Source: Catajapyx aquilonaris
Lineage: Eukaryota
Reading direction: 5' to 3'
NCBI GenBank assembly: GCA_000934665.2
Contig: KZ538634.1
Coordinates: 1-57,209, forward strand
DNA length: 57,209 nucleotides
Position 1 is the stretch's first letter. Every line of letters begins with the position of its first letter. The position numbers and the translations under genes were made by a program. The notes under the pieces are model-generated. The model had not been told where the DNA came from and searched no databases. It saw only the letters and a list, made by a program, of their open reading frames with translations. This document shows, piece after piece, positions 1-11,648 of this stretch.

Positions 1-99
1 GAGAAACGTCGATCCGATAGTGCAATTCCTCCCATACTCGTGCCAGCATGTCCGTTGTCACTGACTGAACCGCAGTAACAATGCACTGGCATTGAGAGG

Positions 100-525
100 T
101 TCGCCAGTTTCTGAACAATGTGCTCCTTCGTCGTTGGATAGGTCGCAGTGACCTGCAAGACTTGGCGCTTTACTGCTGGCCCCCAAGGTTGCCGGATTTG
201 ACGCCATGCGACTTCTTCCTTTGGGGGTACGTTAAGGATGCTGTGTACGTGCCACCGATGCCAACAACCCTGGATGAACTCAAACATCGCATTGTTACTG
301 CGGTTGAGTCAGTGACAACGGACATGCTGGCACGAGTATAGGAGGAATTGCACTATCGGATTGACGTTTCTCGAGTGACCAAGGGAAGTCATATAGAACA
401 TTTATAAGGTATGAAATAAACTTTGAAACCTCCTCTTTCATTTGGTGTATAACACGTTCATGTGCGGTTGATAGGTACGGAGCTATATGCATTTGTAATT
501 ATACTATTCATTTGTAATCACCCTG
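100..525 (+). mobile_element. 3' part of Tc1/mariner (rosa/DD41D-like) transposon, degenerate transposase plus right TIR
   Basis: RWIGR...WPPRLPDLTPCDFFLWGYVKDAVY...DMLARV*EELHYRIDV..TKGSHIEHL* (stop 405-407). Terminus CATTTGTAATCACCCTG followed by TA at 526-527. Confidence 0.85.
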
Positions 526-1555
526 TATATTGCCCTATTGCTGGTCTCTGCCCTCCCCGAAATTCTGCAGCCGTTATTTATGAAGTGTTCTCAAGTGCAC
601 GTAAATGGAAGCAAACAATTAGTGCCTTACCAAATTTCTTATTGCGATTAACCATTTTCTTCTGGGCATCTTATCGGAGCCCCATTCTTAAATAACAGAG
701 AGAGGGAAAGCACAGCATTGTCAATGCCCTGAGTTGAGTGTAGAAAGTCCCCGGTATTGTAATCGGCCACTGACTTATACAAAGCCTATAGGCGCCTAGA
801 GGCCTTACTGGTTTCGGGTTTTCGGCCTGTCGGTATTATTTTGGTTTTTCTTGTAAACCTGACCCCTTTCTTGGTCACGCAGGAGACCCTATAGCACTCC
901 CGTGCTGGCTCCAAGTTTAGGGGTGCAACCCCTGCTTTTCGCAAAAAAAAAAAAAAAATGAAAAAAGAAAAGAACGGGGAAAAATAACACTTTCAGGTGA
1001 CAACTCATAATTATGGAAACGTACTTCGCATATCATGAGGACAGGTGAAAAATGGCATAAAATCTTTTGCGCATTAAAACTGCCGTGATATAAATTTATA
1101 TATATATACAAAGTTTTATTTACAAAAAATTAATTGTTGAAATGCTATGCCACGGTCTTACTCTTAGGGGCTTCCGCCCCTTAAAACGTGTTAAAATAAA
1201 ACGCACAATAACACGAATTCCAACAAGAAAATAATTTTATCATAATTATGGAAGTAGTGTGATAATGTAAAAATGGAATATGAGTTTTAACATTTGAATT
1301 TATCAATTAAATGCCACGCAATTTATTTTAAAAAGAGATCCTAGTATTATAGATTCACAATAATGAATCAACAATGCTGTATTTCCATAGTGAGTTACTG
1401 CGTAAATAATATAGGAAATAACAGGCCCTAAATCACATACAGTGTACCTCTGGCAGAATACGATGCTGAGCATGAGAAAAGAGCGTGAAAAATACAATGT
1501 TCATTTCTATATTTATAGGGCTTTTGACAGTCGGCTGGCAAGAAGACGGGCAACA

Positions 1556-3774
1556 ATGGCTCCCGCAAAGCGGAGAAAGAGTAGCGCCTTATGGAACTAC
1601 TTTACAGAAGACGACAAGACAGCAGCAGGAACAGCTAGATGCGACATTTGCAAGAAGACCATTTCTTGCAGGACATCAGTTTCCAATCTGAAATCTCACA
1701 TGCAAAAACAACATCCAACTGTAATAATCGAGTCTGAGCGAGCCCAGCAGCAAGAACATCAAGGAAGCAATCCAAACGATCCTCCCCAGCCGCCTCTGCT
1801 GCTCTCCAGTCAGGAGCAGCCATCTACATCAGCAGGCCAGCAAGGTTCTTCCACTACTCCCAGCACAAGCAGTTTTCTCAATGCTCCCAGCAGTGCAACG
1901 TCGACAACGCGACAGCAGGCAGCTATGACTTCTTATCTGGTCCAGCGAAAGCCAATGAACATCACCAAGCAAAAAGGACATGACGACGACCTGATGGGAA
2001 TGTTTTACCGAGATTACCAGCCGTTTTCCATCGTTGAAGACCCAGGCTTTCGGAAGTTTGTGCACGGGCTGAATCCCGATTACAAACTACCCGACAGAAA
2101 AACTCTATCAAATTCCAAGCTCCCTGCAATTTATGAAAGTAGCGTCACGGCTGTAAAAGAAAATCTGGTCGGGGCAGAGAAGGTGTGTTTGACGACGGAT
2201 TGTTGGACATCACTCAACAATGAAAGTTTTCTAAGCGTCACGGCGCACTTCGTGAGCAACGACTGGGAGATAAGAAACGTTTTGTTGGAAGTGGATGCCA
2301 TGGAGGAAAGGCACACAGCGGAAAATTTGGCCACTGCACTGCGACGCATAGTGGTAGAATGGAATCTGGCGGGCAAAATTTCTCTGATTGTGTCAGATAA
2401 TGCATCTAATATTGTCCGTGCTGTTGAGTCCCTCGGATATGGTCATTTTGGATGCTTTGCCCATACTCTTAACCTAACAGTCAAGAGCAGTCTTTCGGCA
2501 GCCGAGCCCATTTTGAAGAAAATTAGTAAGCAGGTAACATATTTCAAGAAAAGTCCATTGGCAATGGCGAAATTGAAGCAATCGCAAATTTCAAGTGGAG
2601 CAAAGACGCCCTTGGTCCCCATCAAGGATGTGGAGACGAGATGGAACAGCACCTACTTCATGGTGAAGAGGTTTCTTCAAATCCACGAGCACATGCGGAC
2701 CACGGCAATTTTACTGGACTCTAGCCTTCCAGTGTTTGTCGAAGAAGAGATTACAATATCCCAGGAACTCGTGGAAATTCTGGGGCCATTTGAGGAGGCG
2801 ACGAGAGCTACGAGTGGGGAGAAGTACTTAACAGGTTCTGAAGTCATACTGATGGTCCAAACCCTGCTGGACTTCTGCATGCAGGCTGCCAGTATGGCTT
2901 TTCACAACATAACTATCTCTGTGGCAACATCAATGATGTACGATTTAAGTCGACGCTACAGCGGAATCGAGCACAATGAGAATTTGTCGTCGGCCTCTTA
3001 CTTGGACCCCCGTTTTAAGATGGCGGTGTTTTCGTCGGCTACAAAGCCTGACGTGGAGAAGTGGGTCAAGGCAGCGTTATTGAAAATGTATCGGCTGGAG
3101 GAGGCAGCATCATCTGCGGAACAGCAGTCCAGCAATGCATTTGGGACCCCTCAAACCAGCAGGGAATCAACTAATGCAACTTTCTCCCTCTCTGCCAAAA
3201 TGGAGCAAAAATTGGCGTCACGCCAGCCATCCATTACTAGCCTAGAGGCTAGAGCGATTTCTGAAATGAAAAGGTGAGTCTTACGTAGGCCTATAATTAT
3301 CATCTGGCAAAAAGATTGACTACAGCATAAAATAATTATGTGGTATCACCTGTATTTTTGCCATTTACTGCCACATTCGCAATTATTATTTAATAGCAGC
3401 ACCTTTGCCTCTTGATGACAGTCGCTGTATATTAAAATTACTTCTGCTGTATTAAGTGCAATTAATCAGGGCACAAAATAAGTACTGCATGATTTATTAT
3501 GTTAGCATACTCAACATGATTTCCATTTTTCAGATATCTGGACGCTCCCTTCTTAACAAGTAAGGAAGACCCTCTTCAATGGTGGCGAGACCATGAAAAG
3601 ACATTCCCATCTCTCTCCAAGTTGGCCAAGAAGAAGCTGTGTGTGATGGCAACATCAGTGCCCTGCGAACGCGTTTTCTCGAAAGCAGCTTGCTTCATTA
3701 CAGAACGCCGTAACAGACTCAAAGCAGACAAGGTCAAGAAACTCATGTTTTTGAATGCCAACTATGAACGATAA
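1556..3774 (+). CDS. Intact two-exon BED-finger hAT transposase (ZBED1/4-like), about 652 aa; exons 1556-3273 and 3534-3774
   Basis: BED finger (LWNYF..CDICKK..NLKSHMQKQH), LTTDCWTS, IVSDNASN, CFAHTLNL, TRWNST. Phase-2 intron AG|GTGAGT (3274) to TTTTCAG (3533) joins in frame to the hATC domain DPLQWW...ATSVPCERVFS...MFLNAN*. Confidence 0.92.
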
Positions 3775-4496
3775 ACATTGTTTAGGCCACTTCCTGTTCT
3801 GAAGTCATGAAAATTAGATATCCTCTCTCACTATAAGGTCCAGTTGCACTACCTCCATGTAACTTGATCAAGAAGGGAAGGAGCCAGGGAAGTTAGCTTT
3901 TCATTGCTGTGTATCTCCTGTGTGTAGGCAGATGGTATAACTGCGAAATCTGAAAACCATGTAACTATTTGAGCAGAAATTTGTTTATTGATCTTCACTA
4001 ACCACCTTATCGATCTGATGTCCAAATCTCTGAATGCAATGCAGAAGAACAGCGATGGGACGTCGCGTCGGAAGTGTGGAGGTCGTGGAGACTGGAGATC
4101 AAAGGTTACCCATCACTGTCGTATGTATAATGCAACTGTAATGTCACCACGTTCCACTTATTCAGCACTAATAAACATACAATGTAATTCACAATTTATA
4201 TCGCTCTTTTCGTAATCTTATCTTTGCAGTACGGTACATTATTAATTTGTGCAAACTTCAGCCGATTGCCAGAATGCTACTATCTAGCTGGGTATATATA
4301 GTAGCAGCTCAGGTAAAGTCAATGACGAGGCAGCTATTGTCTGACCAGAAGCTATAGAGAGAGAGAGTCGGTGGGTTTTTCCCCCACGCCACCCCACCCC
4401 CTCGAAAATGCCCCGCTTACCAACAATATTAATCCGCAAAAGGGTTCGGAAAGATCAGTTTAAAAGGAGACGTTGCCATAATTGTGGATCTGTGGT

Positions 4497-4576
4497 CAGT
4501 GGCGGAACTTCAAATTCTGGGCCCCCCTGCAAGTAGTTGTTGTGGACCCCCCCCTCCCCTCCCCATTAAATAATAC

Positions 4577-4617
<41 letters not shown>

Positions 4618-5489
4618 TAATAAATAAGAGAAATCGATGAATTTCAGGACAGTTTCTTTTTAATGGTACGCGTGTACTAGCTAGTAAATGACAGAAGTTC
4701 AATACATTCAATATCTTCAATGAGTTCCATACAATTATTTTTCCAACAATACGAAAAAAATATTTAATGCATCTTTCTTCTTTTAGCACAGCGGTTCTCA
4801 AGGTGTGGGGCGCGAAGGGGTGATGGTAGGGGGGGCATGGGGCGAATCAAAAAATTATGTGACTCGAAACATGACAAAAGTCGCACTGCTCAGGGCTTAT
4901 TGTAGCGTGCAGTTCTACACAATTCGTGCAGTACTAAAAGCCAAATGTGCAGTTCTGAATAAGGATTTGTGCAGTCAGATAATAGCAGACAAGTCTGTTA
5001 TATCTGCATTCAACTGCACTTGCACATTAGCACTCCTGGAAACATGAAGGGGCCGATCTTTCTACTTGCTTATATCCGATGTGCTTACAGAGTTACAGTA
5101 TAGGAGGATTCCACTGTACTTGTCAGTTATTACATGCACCTAAGATTGCGTGACCTTGAACAAAAAAAAATCGCCTATGGCGGGCTTATTCGTTTGGGGG
5201 AGGGCGCGCGAAATCAGAAATTACTTTCTAGGGGGGCCCGATGTGGCAAAGTTTGAGAACCGCTGCTTTAGCATTAGCAAAGTCGTTGATAACTTCATCA
5301 ATGTTCAGTGCCTTAGCTTTCAATGCTAAGTAAAAAATGCAAGTCCACGTAGTGTGTCCTCCTTCATAGAATTGCGAAGGTAAGTTTTTATTATTTGCAT
5401 TTTTTTTTTACTTCACTCGTGTTTGGGCCCCCCCTTGCTTCGGGCCCCCCTGCGGCTGCAACCACTGCACCCCCCTAGTTCCGCCACTG
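4497..5489 (-). mobile_element. Non-autonomous hAT (Tip100-like) element
   Basis: 13-bp TIR CAGTGGCGGAACT; perfect 8-bp TSD TCTGTGGT (4489-4496, 5490-5497). Minus-strand remnant IIKTYLRNSMKED...NIDEVINDFA at about 5274-5400. Contains (TAA)n at about 4568-4625. Confidence 0.88.
4789..5265. mobile_element. hAT (Charlie/Buster-like) MITE
   Basis: TIR CAGCGGTTCTCAA / TTGAGAACCGCTG; 8-bp TSD TTTTAGCA vs CTTTAGCA (7/8 match). Confidence 0.85.
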
Positions 5490-5949
5490 TCTGTGGTTAT
5501 TATACGTATAAGAAATTGTAATAAGGCACCCTGATGGGCACCATCTTATTCCGGTCTGACCTTTCCGAACCCTTTTGCAGATTAAGATTGTCGGGAAGTC
5601 GGGCATTTTCGAGGGGGTGGGGTGGCGGTGGGGATTTTGGCTTGATGGGAAAAACCCAGCATCTTTAACTTCTGGTCAGACAATAGGTAGTAGGTAGCCC
5701 GAGGGGTAGCTATAATTTCGTCAAGCCCAATGTTACTCTGCAATTCCAATTCCATTAAAATAGTGCTTCCAATTTCACCAAAAAACACCCAGTCAATAAA
5801 TCTCCCTGAAGCTTGTGTGACCTTGAACCTGAAATTTTTTCCGCCTGCGGCGGGCTCTTGCGCCCCGCCTTCGCCGACTCTGGCGGATCTACCTTTTTGG
5901 GTTCGTTGGGTACGCGCTTTAGAACACTTTCTGTTCATCAGTCCTGACG

Positions 5950-6105
5950 GTTAGCAGTTTAGCAGGTTAGCAGTTTAGCAGTTTAGCAGTTTAGCAGTTT
6001 AGCAGGTTAGCAGTTTAGCAATAACCACTATTCATTAACAGCTTCTGACCAGTAGCAACTACTGCTATAGCTGCTAATGTTAAATAGCTGATAGTCCCAT
6101 CACTA
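5950..6105 (+). mobile_element. hAT right terminus with subterminal 9-mer array, probably the end of the BED-hAT element
   Basis: About 8 tandem TTAGCAG(T/G)T units at 5950-6020; end ...ATAGTCCCATCACTA (reverse complement TAGTGATGGGAC). Matching left TIR not found. Confidence 0.65.
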
Positions 6106-6289
6106 GAAGCGACACTTAGAAGTTCAGACGTGGCCGCCTAGGTGGCGTAGCTGCTGTTTGCCCCTAGCGGAAGGAGTCCACAACCACTCCCATTCAAACT
6201 GGTACCGCTATTTTATTGCCCCCAGAACTCCCGGACCACTTGCCACACCTAGCAAAACGGTTGCGACAAGGAGTGGTGGTTCGAATTTC

Positions 6290-6690
6290 GAAAATGGTCA
6301 AGGGGTAAAAATGTTTATTCCGGGACACCCGTGGAGACACAGAAGCCGACCGAGGTTGGATGCTAACGGGGAAGAGGCATCTCCGCCCAGCTATACCTTC
6401 ATCCAGTGCCGCCGCTATTTATTGGCCATCATGAGCGCAAAACTGTCAAGGGGTAAGAATATTTATTCCATGCCACCCGTGGACACACAGAAGCCGACTG
6501 AACTTGCGAGCGAAGGAGGAAGCAGAATCTCCCCCCAACAATACCTTCCAGTGCCGCTATTTATTGGTCATCATGGGTGGAAAACTGTTAAGCAGCAAGA
6601 ATATTCATTCTTTGACACCAGTCTCCACGCAAAAGCTGACCGAGCCTGGAGGAAGGAGGAAGCAGCATATCCACGCAGCTTCCAGTGTCG
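6290..6690. repeat. Degenerate tandem repeat of about 145 bp, about 2.7 copies, upstream of the THAP start
   Basis: CCCGTGGA(G/C)ACACAGAAGCCGAC and CCGCTATTTATTGG(C/T)CATCATG each recur at about 140-150 bp spacing. Confidence 0.75.
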
Positions 6691-7429
6691 CGTTGGTGGT
6701 ATACAGGGCAGCAGGTGTAAATGTGAATTATGCCGCAGAAATCGGGAGGGTTTGTGTGTGCCGCTCAGGGCTGCCGAGAGCACAAAAGAAAATCATCTCT
6801 CTCGTTTTTTCGTTTCCCGAGTTCGCCGAAAAGGTAAGAGATGCGTTCCTATTGGAATTTTGTATTGTAATAAGAATAACGAGGGAGGAGAGTAATTTAT
6901 ACTGTTACGTTACCCGCAGATGCCAGTTATGGTGCGTATCCTGTGGAAGACAAGATCTTGTGCAAAAGGATCCCAAGCTGTTGAACAGGAATTATCGCCT
7001 CTGCAGCTCCCATTTTGAGAGATGGGCATTTATGAATGCAGAGACTCGCAGCAGGCTCGTCCATGATGCATATCCCACCATTTTTCTCCATGGTGGAGGA
7101 ACTGGTTCTGGTAAGCGGTTGGTTTTGTGACATGCAGATTTCCATTAATATCTTACTCACGTGAACATGGCCACGCCAAATATATATATTTTCAAGTGCC
7201 TGTCTGAAATGTGGCTGTCTCAGTATTTAGAGTACTCTAGTTCTTGAACACTTTCCATTAGTGCAAGAAACAATATAAGCTACTTCACCATTCTATTAAT
7301 TTATGGCAAGCATGTCCTGTGCCACTACAGAAGTGACATGTATATACAGCCAATTGCACACTCCTGTAGCAATTTAAGTGTTGCTAAGTCCCTAAGACAT
7401 ATTACTACTAAACTTTCCTATGGTTCTAG

Positions 7430-7620
7430 ATGAAACCGTGCCACAACCCATGGATGATGAAACCGTGCCACAACCCATGGATGATGAACCTGTGCCACAA
7501 CCCATGGATGATGAACCTGTGCCACAACCCTTGGATGGACCAGTGACACAACCCTTGGATGTACCAGTGACACAACCCTTGGATGGGCCAGTGACACAAC
7601 CTATGGATGGACCTGTGGTG
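7430..7620 (+). repeat. Coding 27-bp minisatellite (DETVPQPMD-like, about 7 copies) in exon 3 of the P transposase
   Basis: GATGAAACCGTGCCACAACCCATGGAT units grading into DGPVTQPL variants. Confidence 0.9.
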
Positions 7621-8833
7621 CAGCTTGAAGTTGTATCAGGACTTCATGAGGGACTGCCAACCACTACTGACTCTCTACTGCCTGTTGATTCCCTGCTGCT
7701 GACTGGCACAGGTACGTAATGGCTCATGCCATGCATTATTTTTGGAAACTCAGTAGTAGATAGTACAACCTGGTCAGAGATTATGGGAAATATAATTATG
7801 TAGTCAGTTATTTCTGTATTAACTTTTACATGGTGCTAATTGCTGGACAAAACAAAGTTTTTAACTAAGCAATGGAACATAATATAACTTTGTAACAACT
7901 TACTATAAAATAAAACAATATTATTACACTTGTGTAATAAGATACATATTATGAAAAATAACTTTTGCCTTTTTTAAGCTGTTAAAGACATAGCATGACT
8001 TTGTTAACCCATTAAACCGTCATCAATTAACTGTTATTTGGAAAACTGCAGTGCATACAATTATTATGAAATTGTGGCTCAGGTAACTTAGTTTTTATGA
8101 CCTCCACATCACCATCTGAAACATCTTCATGCACTGGTTACTTTGATGATTCCTGACCCCATTAAAATTTTTGAGCGTCACAAAGGAGAAGTTGTCCTTA
8201 GTAGGCCTATCCACTATTTGTCTCATGAAATGTTTCAGAATATTTTTCCCACAAAATGAAACTAATACCCAATCTCCCAGGTTATAACTTTTGTTCTTTC
8301 CTTTAATGTAAGATTTTATTTAAAAAATTTGTGTATTGATGACCTTCTCCATCTCTCCAGTTACTAACAATAAGTCTATAGTTCATGAGAAACTAGGGTT
8401 CAGTGAACATTGGTTAAATATGAATTACTTAGAGTGTACGGTACTTACTTTTATGTAACATTTTACTAAGCACCCCAATGCTGGTCTGTTGGTTGGTACC
8501 ATGAAGATCACATAGTTACATGACATACAGTATGTCTCACACTACAAAAATTTGAATATTAATTGTATAATATGTTTCAGTGAGTTGGTAAAAACTGTTG
8601 TTCGGTGTACATTTCTATGAAAATAGCCTAGTACTCGTATATTCCTCATCATTCATATCATCATTATCATGCCATGTGCATCACACCTTTGTTAATACCG
8701 AGTCAATTAAACTATTTCAGTAACACCAACTAAGCGAGGAGCATGCAACAGTCAAGATGAAGATCCTCCCAGCACTGGACCAAGTCGTCCAACACCCAGG
8801 ACACGCCGCCGACTGATGAGGATGAGGACGACT

Positions 8834-8937
8834 GTGTCAGAGTTACGGCGACCCGACCATAAAGGCCCCGCGCCAATGTATCTCATCATCCACAATTATT
8901 CAAAGGCTAATCAATGAGGCTATCAAAGGGCTAATCA
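8834..8937 (-). mobile_element. 5'-truncated 3' tip of the R1-like LINE family
   Basis: 8832-8914 is identical to 57101-57183 and overlaps the 3' UTR at 41864 onward. 12-bp TSD ATGAGGACGACT (8822-8833, 8938-8949). Confidence 0.8.
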
Positions 8938-11494
8938 ATGAGGACGACTCTGAGACAAGTGCGAGGGAGGCTCTACCGAGCTGACAAAACAGTAAAACGA
9001 CTGGGTGGATGGAGGGTTACAGCTGCAGCAGAAGACAGTTGCGAGCGCCAAGAACTGCTTAAACTTTCACGCAAGTACCTACCACAGCGGTTTGCAGACA
9101 GGGTGACCACTGAGCTCAGATTGGCCACTTGTAAACCTAAGGGTCGAAGGTGGAGTGACAAGGACAAAGGTTTTTCATTAGACTGTTCTATCACAGTCCA
9201 GCAGCCTATAGACAACTGTCCCAAACTTGCACTGTACCCACTGAAAGAACTCTTCAGCGTTGGCTTTCCTGTATTCCAATGCAGTCAGGACTGTTACCTG
9301 TGGTCCTGACGGCATTGGAGAGGAAAATACCCGCAATGGAAGAGAGAGACAAAGTGTGTGCACTTGTTGTAGATGAAATGCGTATGAAACCTGGTCTTTC
9401 ATACAATCCAACCAAGGAAAGGACTGCGTGGAGGGCTTTGCAAGCCCCTCAGCTGTTCCTTCCCAGTGTAAGTCTGCGGCAAACCAGGCAACTGTGCTAA
9501 TGGCTAAAGGCCTTTTTCAGAAATGGAACCAACCGCTGGGGTATTTTTTCAGTGCAGGCCCTATGCCAGGAACTAATTTACATAAGGTGTTGCTGGACTG
9601 CATTGAAAAGATCTCCAGCATAGGTCTGAAGGTGAAGGTGGTCATTTCTGACCAAGGTTCCAACAATTTAAGGGCCTTTAGCTTGTTCGGCATCAGCTTG
9701 CAGACTCCATATATTGTCCACAATGGTGAAAAAATTTACTTCATACATGATCCCCCCCATTTACTCAAAAACCTCAGAAATAATTTGAGAAATCATGATT
9801 TGTCGTTTGGTGGGCGTATTGTCAAGTGGAAATATATTGGAACCATCTGTGAGCGTGATGCCAAGCAGTCCGCCAGGAGATTGCTGCCACGAATCACACC
9901 ATTACACTTGTTGCCCAGCCACAAAAAAAAAATGAAGGTGCGCTTGGCAGCTCAGGTACTCAGTTACTCCATGGCCTCTGCCATGGAGACGTATGTTGGG
10001 CTCAATTGCCTACCACCAGAAGCAGCCTTTACTGCTGAGTGGCTGGAGTTAGTTGATAAGTTGTTTGATTCTGTAAATAGTTCGAAGCTGTATGATAACT
10101 TGAAGCCAGCAAAGGGTGCATTGAGGAACAATTCAATGCACCTTGCTTTTTGGCAACAAGTGACAGAATCATTGAACACCTGGAAATTTCTTGGCATGAG
10201 TAGGCAACCTGACTGTCTGAAAGGGTGGAAGCTAACGCTGCAAGTCCTTCCAGAGCTGTGGTCAGAGTTGCAACTTTTGCCAGGTGTACAGCATTTGCAT
10301 TGTCGTAGGCTAAATCAGGACACTCTGGAACACCTGTTTGGGATCATTCGTGGGAAGCTGGGTGGGAACAGGGACCCTACACCTGTGCAGTTTTTCGCGG
10401 CGTTCAGGCGGGTGATCACACGTTCCCTTCTGAAGCCTTCACTGAAGGGGAATTGTGAGGCGGATGAGGGGTACGTGCTGACGGAGCTGGGGCGACTTGG
10501 GATTAACAAGGATGTAGGAATAGGTGAAGAACCCCCAAGTATGAGTGCTGCAGATTCCTTTTCCATGAGTGACTTTGATGATCCTACTGAGAATGCTTTG
10601 TATTATATATGTGGATACCTGAGTAGAAAGTTCTTAACAATGCATGACTGCTCTGCATGCAAAGCTGCACTGGTGCAGGCTGATCATGCTGTCAGCCGGC
10701 CAGAGCAGCTATTTTGCACGTTTAAAACCCTAACCTCTAGTGAAGAGAAGGCATGTGGGGGGTTGACCATGGTCACGCAAGAATGTTTTGTGTACATAGA
10801 AACCCTGGAATGTAAGTTTGATGGAATAATTGCATCACTAGCCCATGAGGAAAAGGTGGTGAAGAAGCTGTGTGACACCCTCAAAGAATGTGTCAAGGTA
10901 CCTGCATCGTTGTTTTGCTCAGAAGTAGCTCAGCAAAACTTTCTTAGACTGTACTGTAGGATTAAGGTGTTGTGGTGGATTAGATTTACAAACAGGGATC
11001 TGTATTATAAAAAATAGAATGCAGTTTCAATTTTAGTCAGAGTGTCGCAGCTGCTTCACCACCTTTTCCTTACAATAATACATAGAGTAAGCCAAGCTAA
11101 TGTGGAATACCAACTCTGTTTTGGTTAATAACTGGTTTAGTTACAGTGCTTTTTGTTTTCCTATTTAGCAGAATAACCTGGAACATATACCTGGCAAATG
11201 TGTTAAGTTTCATATTTGTACTTTGATCAGGTTTTTAAATAATTTTGACAAACTGGCAAGTTCCAAATTCCCCAAGTATGGAAATTGTGAGGATAATGTG
11301 GAATACACTGTGTGGGTAATGTGGAATGCAGTATTCACATTACCCACAGGTTGTCGTATATTGAAATGCATAAGAAAATAATGTTGATTGTAGGAACTGG
11401 ATATGTTATTAATATGTTTCCTGCCAGCATGGTATGTGGATGATAAAATCAGTATAAAAATGTAAACTAAACAAACCACAGCACAAAATTCAAG

Positions 11495-11648
11495 CTACTG
11501 GCAGAAACCACAAATATAAATTCCTCGGTTTGAAACGTTACAGCATTTCTCATGTGTCCACAACTGACATCCTACACACTGGATCCACTCACTTTCCTGC
11601 ACATCCGTGTAGAAAGTTTCGTTGCAAAATAATTATGCATTCAGCCAT
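11495..11648 (-). pseudogene. PHD zinc-finger remnant, below the ORF-track cutoff
   Basis: MAECI-(4-nt insertion)-FCNETFYTDVQESEWIQCVGCQLWTHEKCCNVSNRGIYICGFCQ*, a C4HC3 pattern with WIQC and W-x-H. Confidence 0.75.

Larger units (their letters stand above)
4337..5683 (-). mobile_element. Non-autonomous internally deleted derivative (MITE) of the Sailor-like family at 15304-17170
   Basis: TA-TTGTCTGACCAGAAG...CTTCTGGTCAGACAA-TA ends. Arms match the reverse complement of about 16975-17170 and the TIR at 15304-15435. Split by the 4497-5489 insertion. Confidence 0.85.
6730..11017 (+). pseudogene. Four-exon THAP-domain P-element/THAP9-type transposase, disrupted; exons 6730-6833, 6920-7110, 7430-7711, 8721-11017
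   Basis: Spliced THAP: CAAQGC..FFRFP..R|CQLW..LCSSHF..AYPTIF, with all three introns GT-AG and phase-compatible. Core motifs LVVDEM, VISDQGSNN, HDPPHLLKNLRNN, KMKVRLAAQVLS, LNQDTLEHLFG. Insertion at 8834-8937 and frameshifts near 9180-9430. Confidence 0.9.

Noticed and set aside
915..1185. Helitron-like hairpins (AGGGGTGCAACCCCT, TAGGGGCTTCCGCCCCTTA)
   Set aside because: No diagnostic CTRR terminus at the expected distance and no Rep/helicase; too weak to call.
2131..2880. Minus-strand ORFs within the hAT gene (and similar ones in the P, Sailor and YqaJ genes)
   Set aside because: Antisense shadows of real + strand coding sequence.
6158..6895. 245-aa ORF as a real gene
   Set aside because: It runs through the 145-bp tandem repeat and overlaps the true THAP exon in another frame; no domain recognised.
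7430..7620. CRISPR-like array
   Set aside because: Contiguous tandem units without unique spacers, in frame within a spliced exon; no cas genes and a eukaryotic context.
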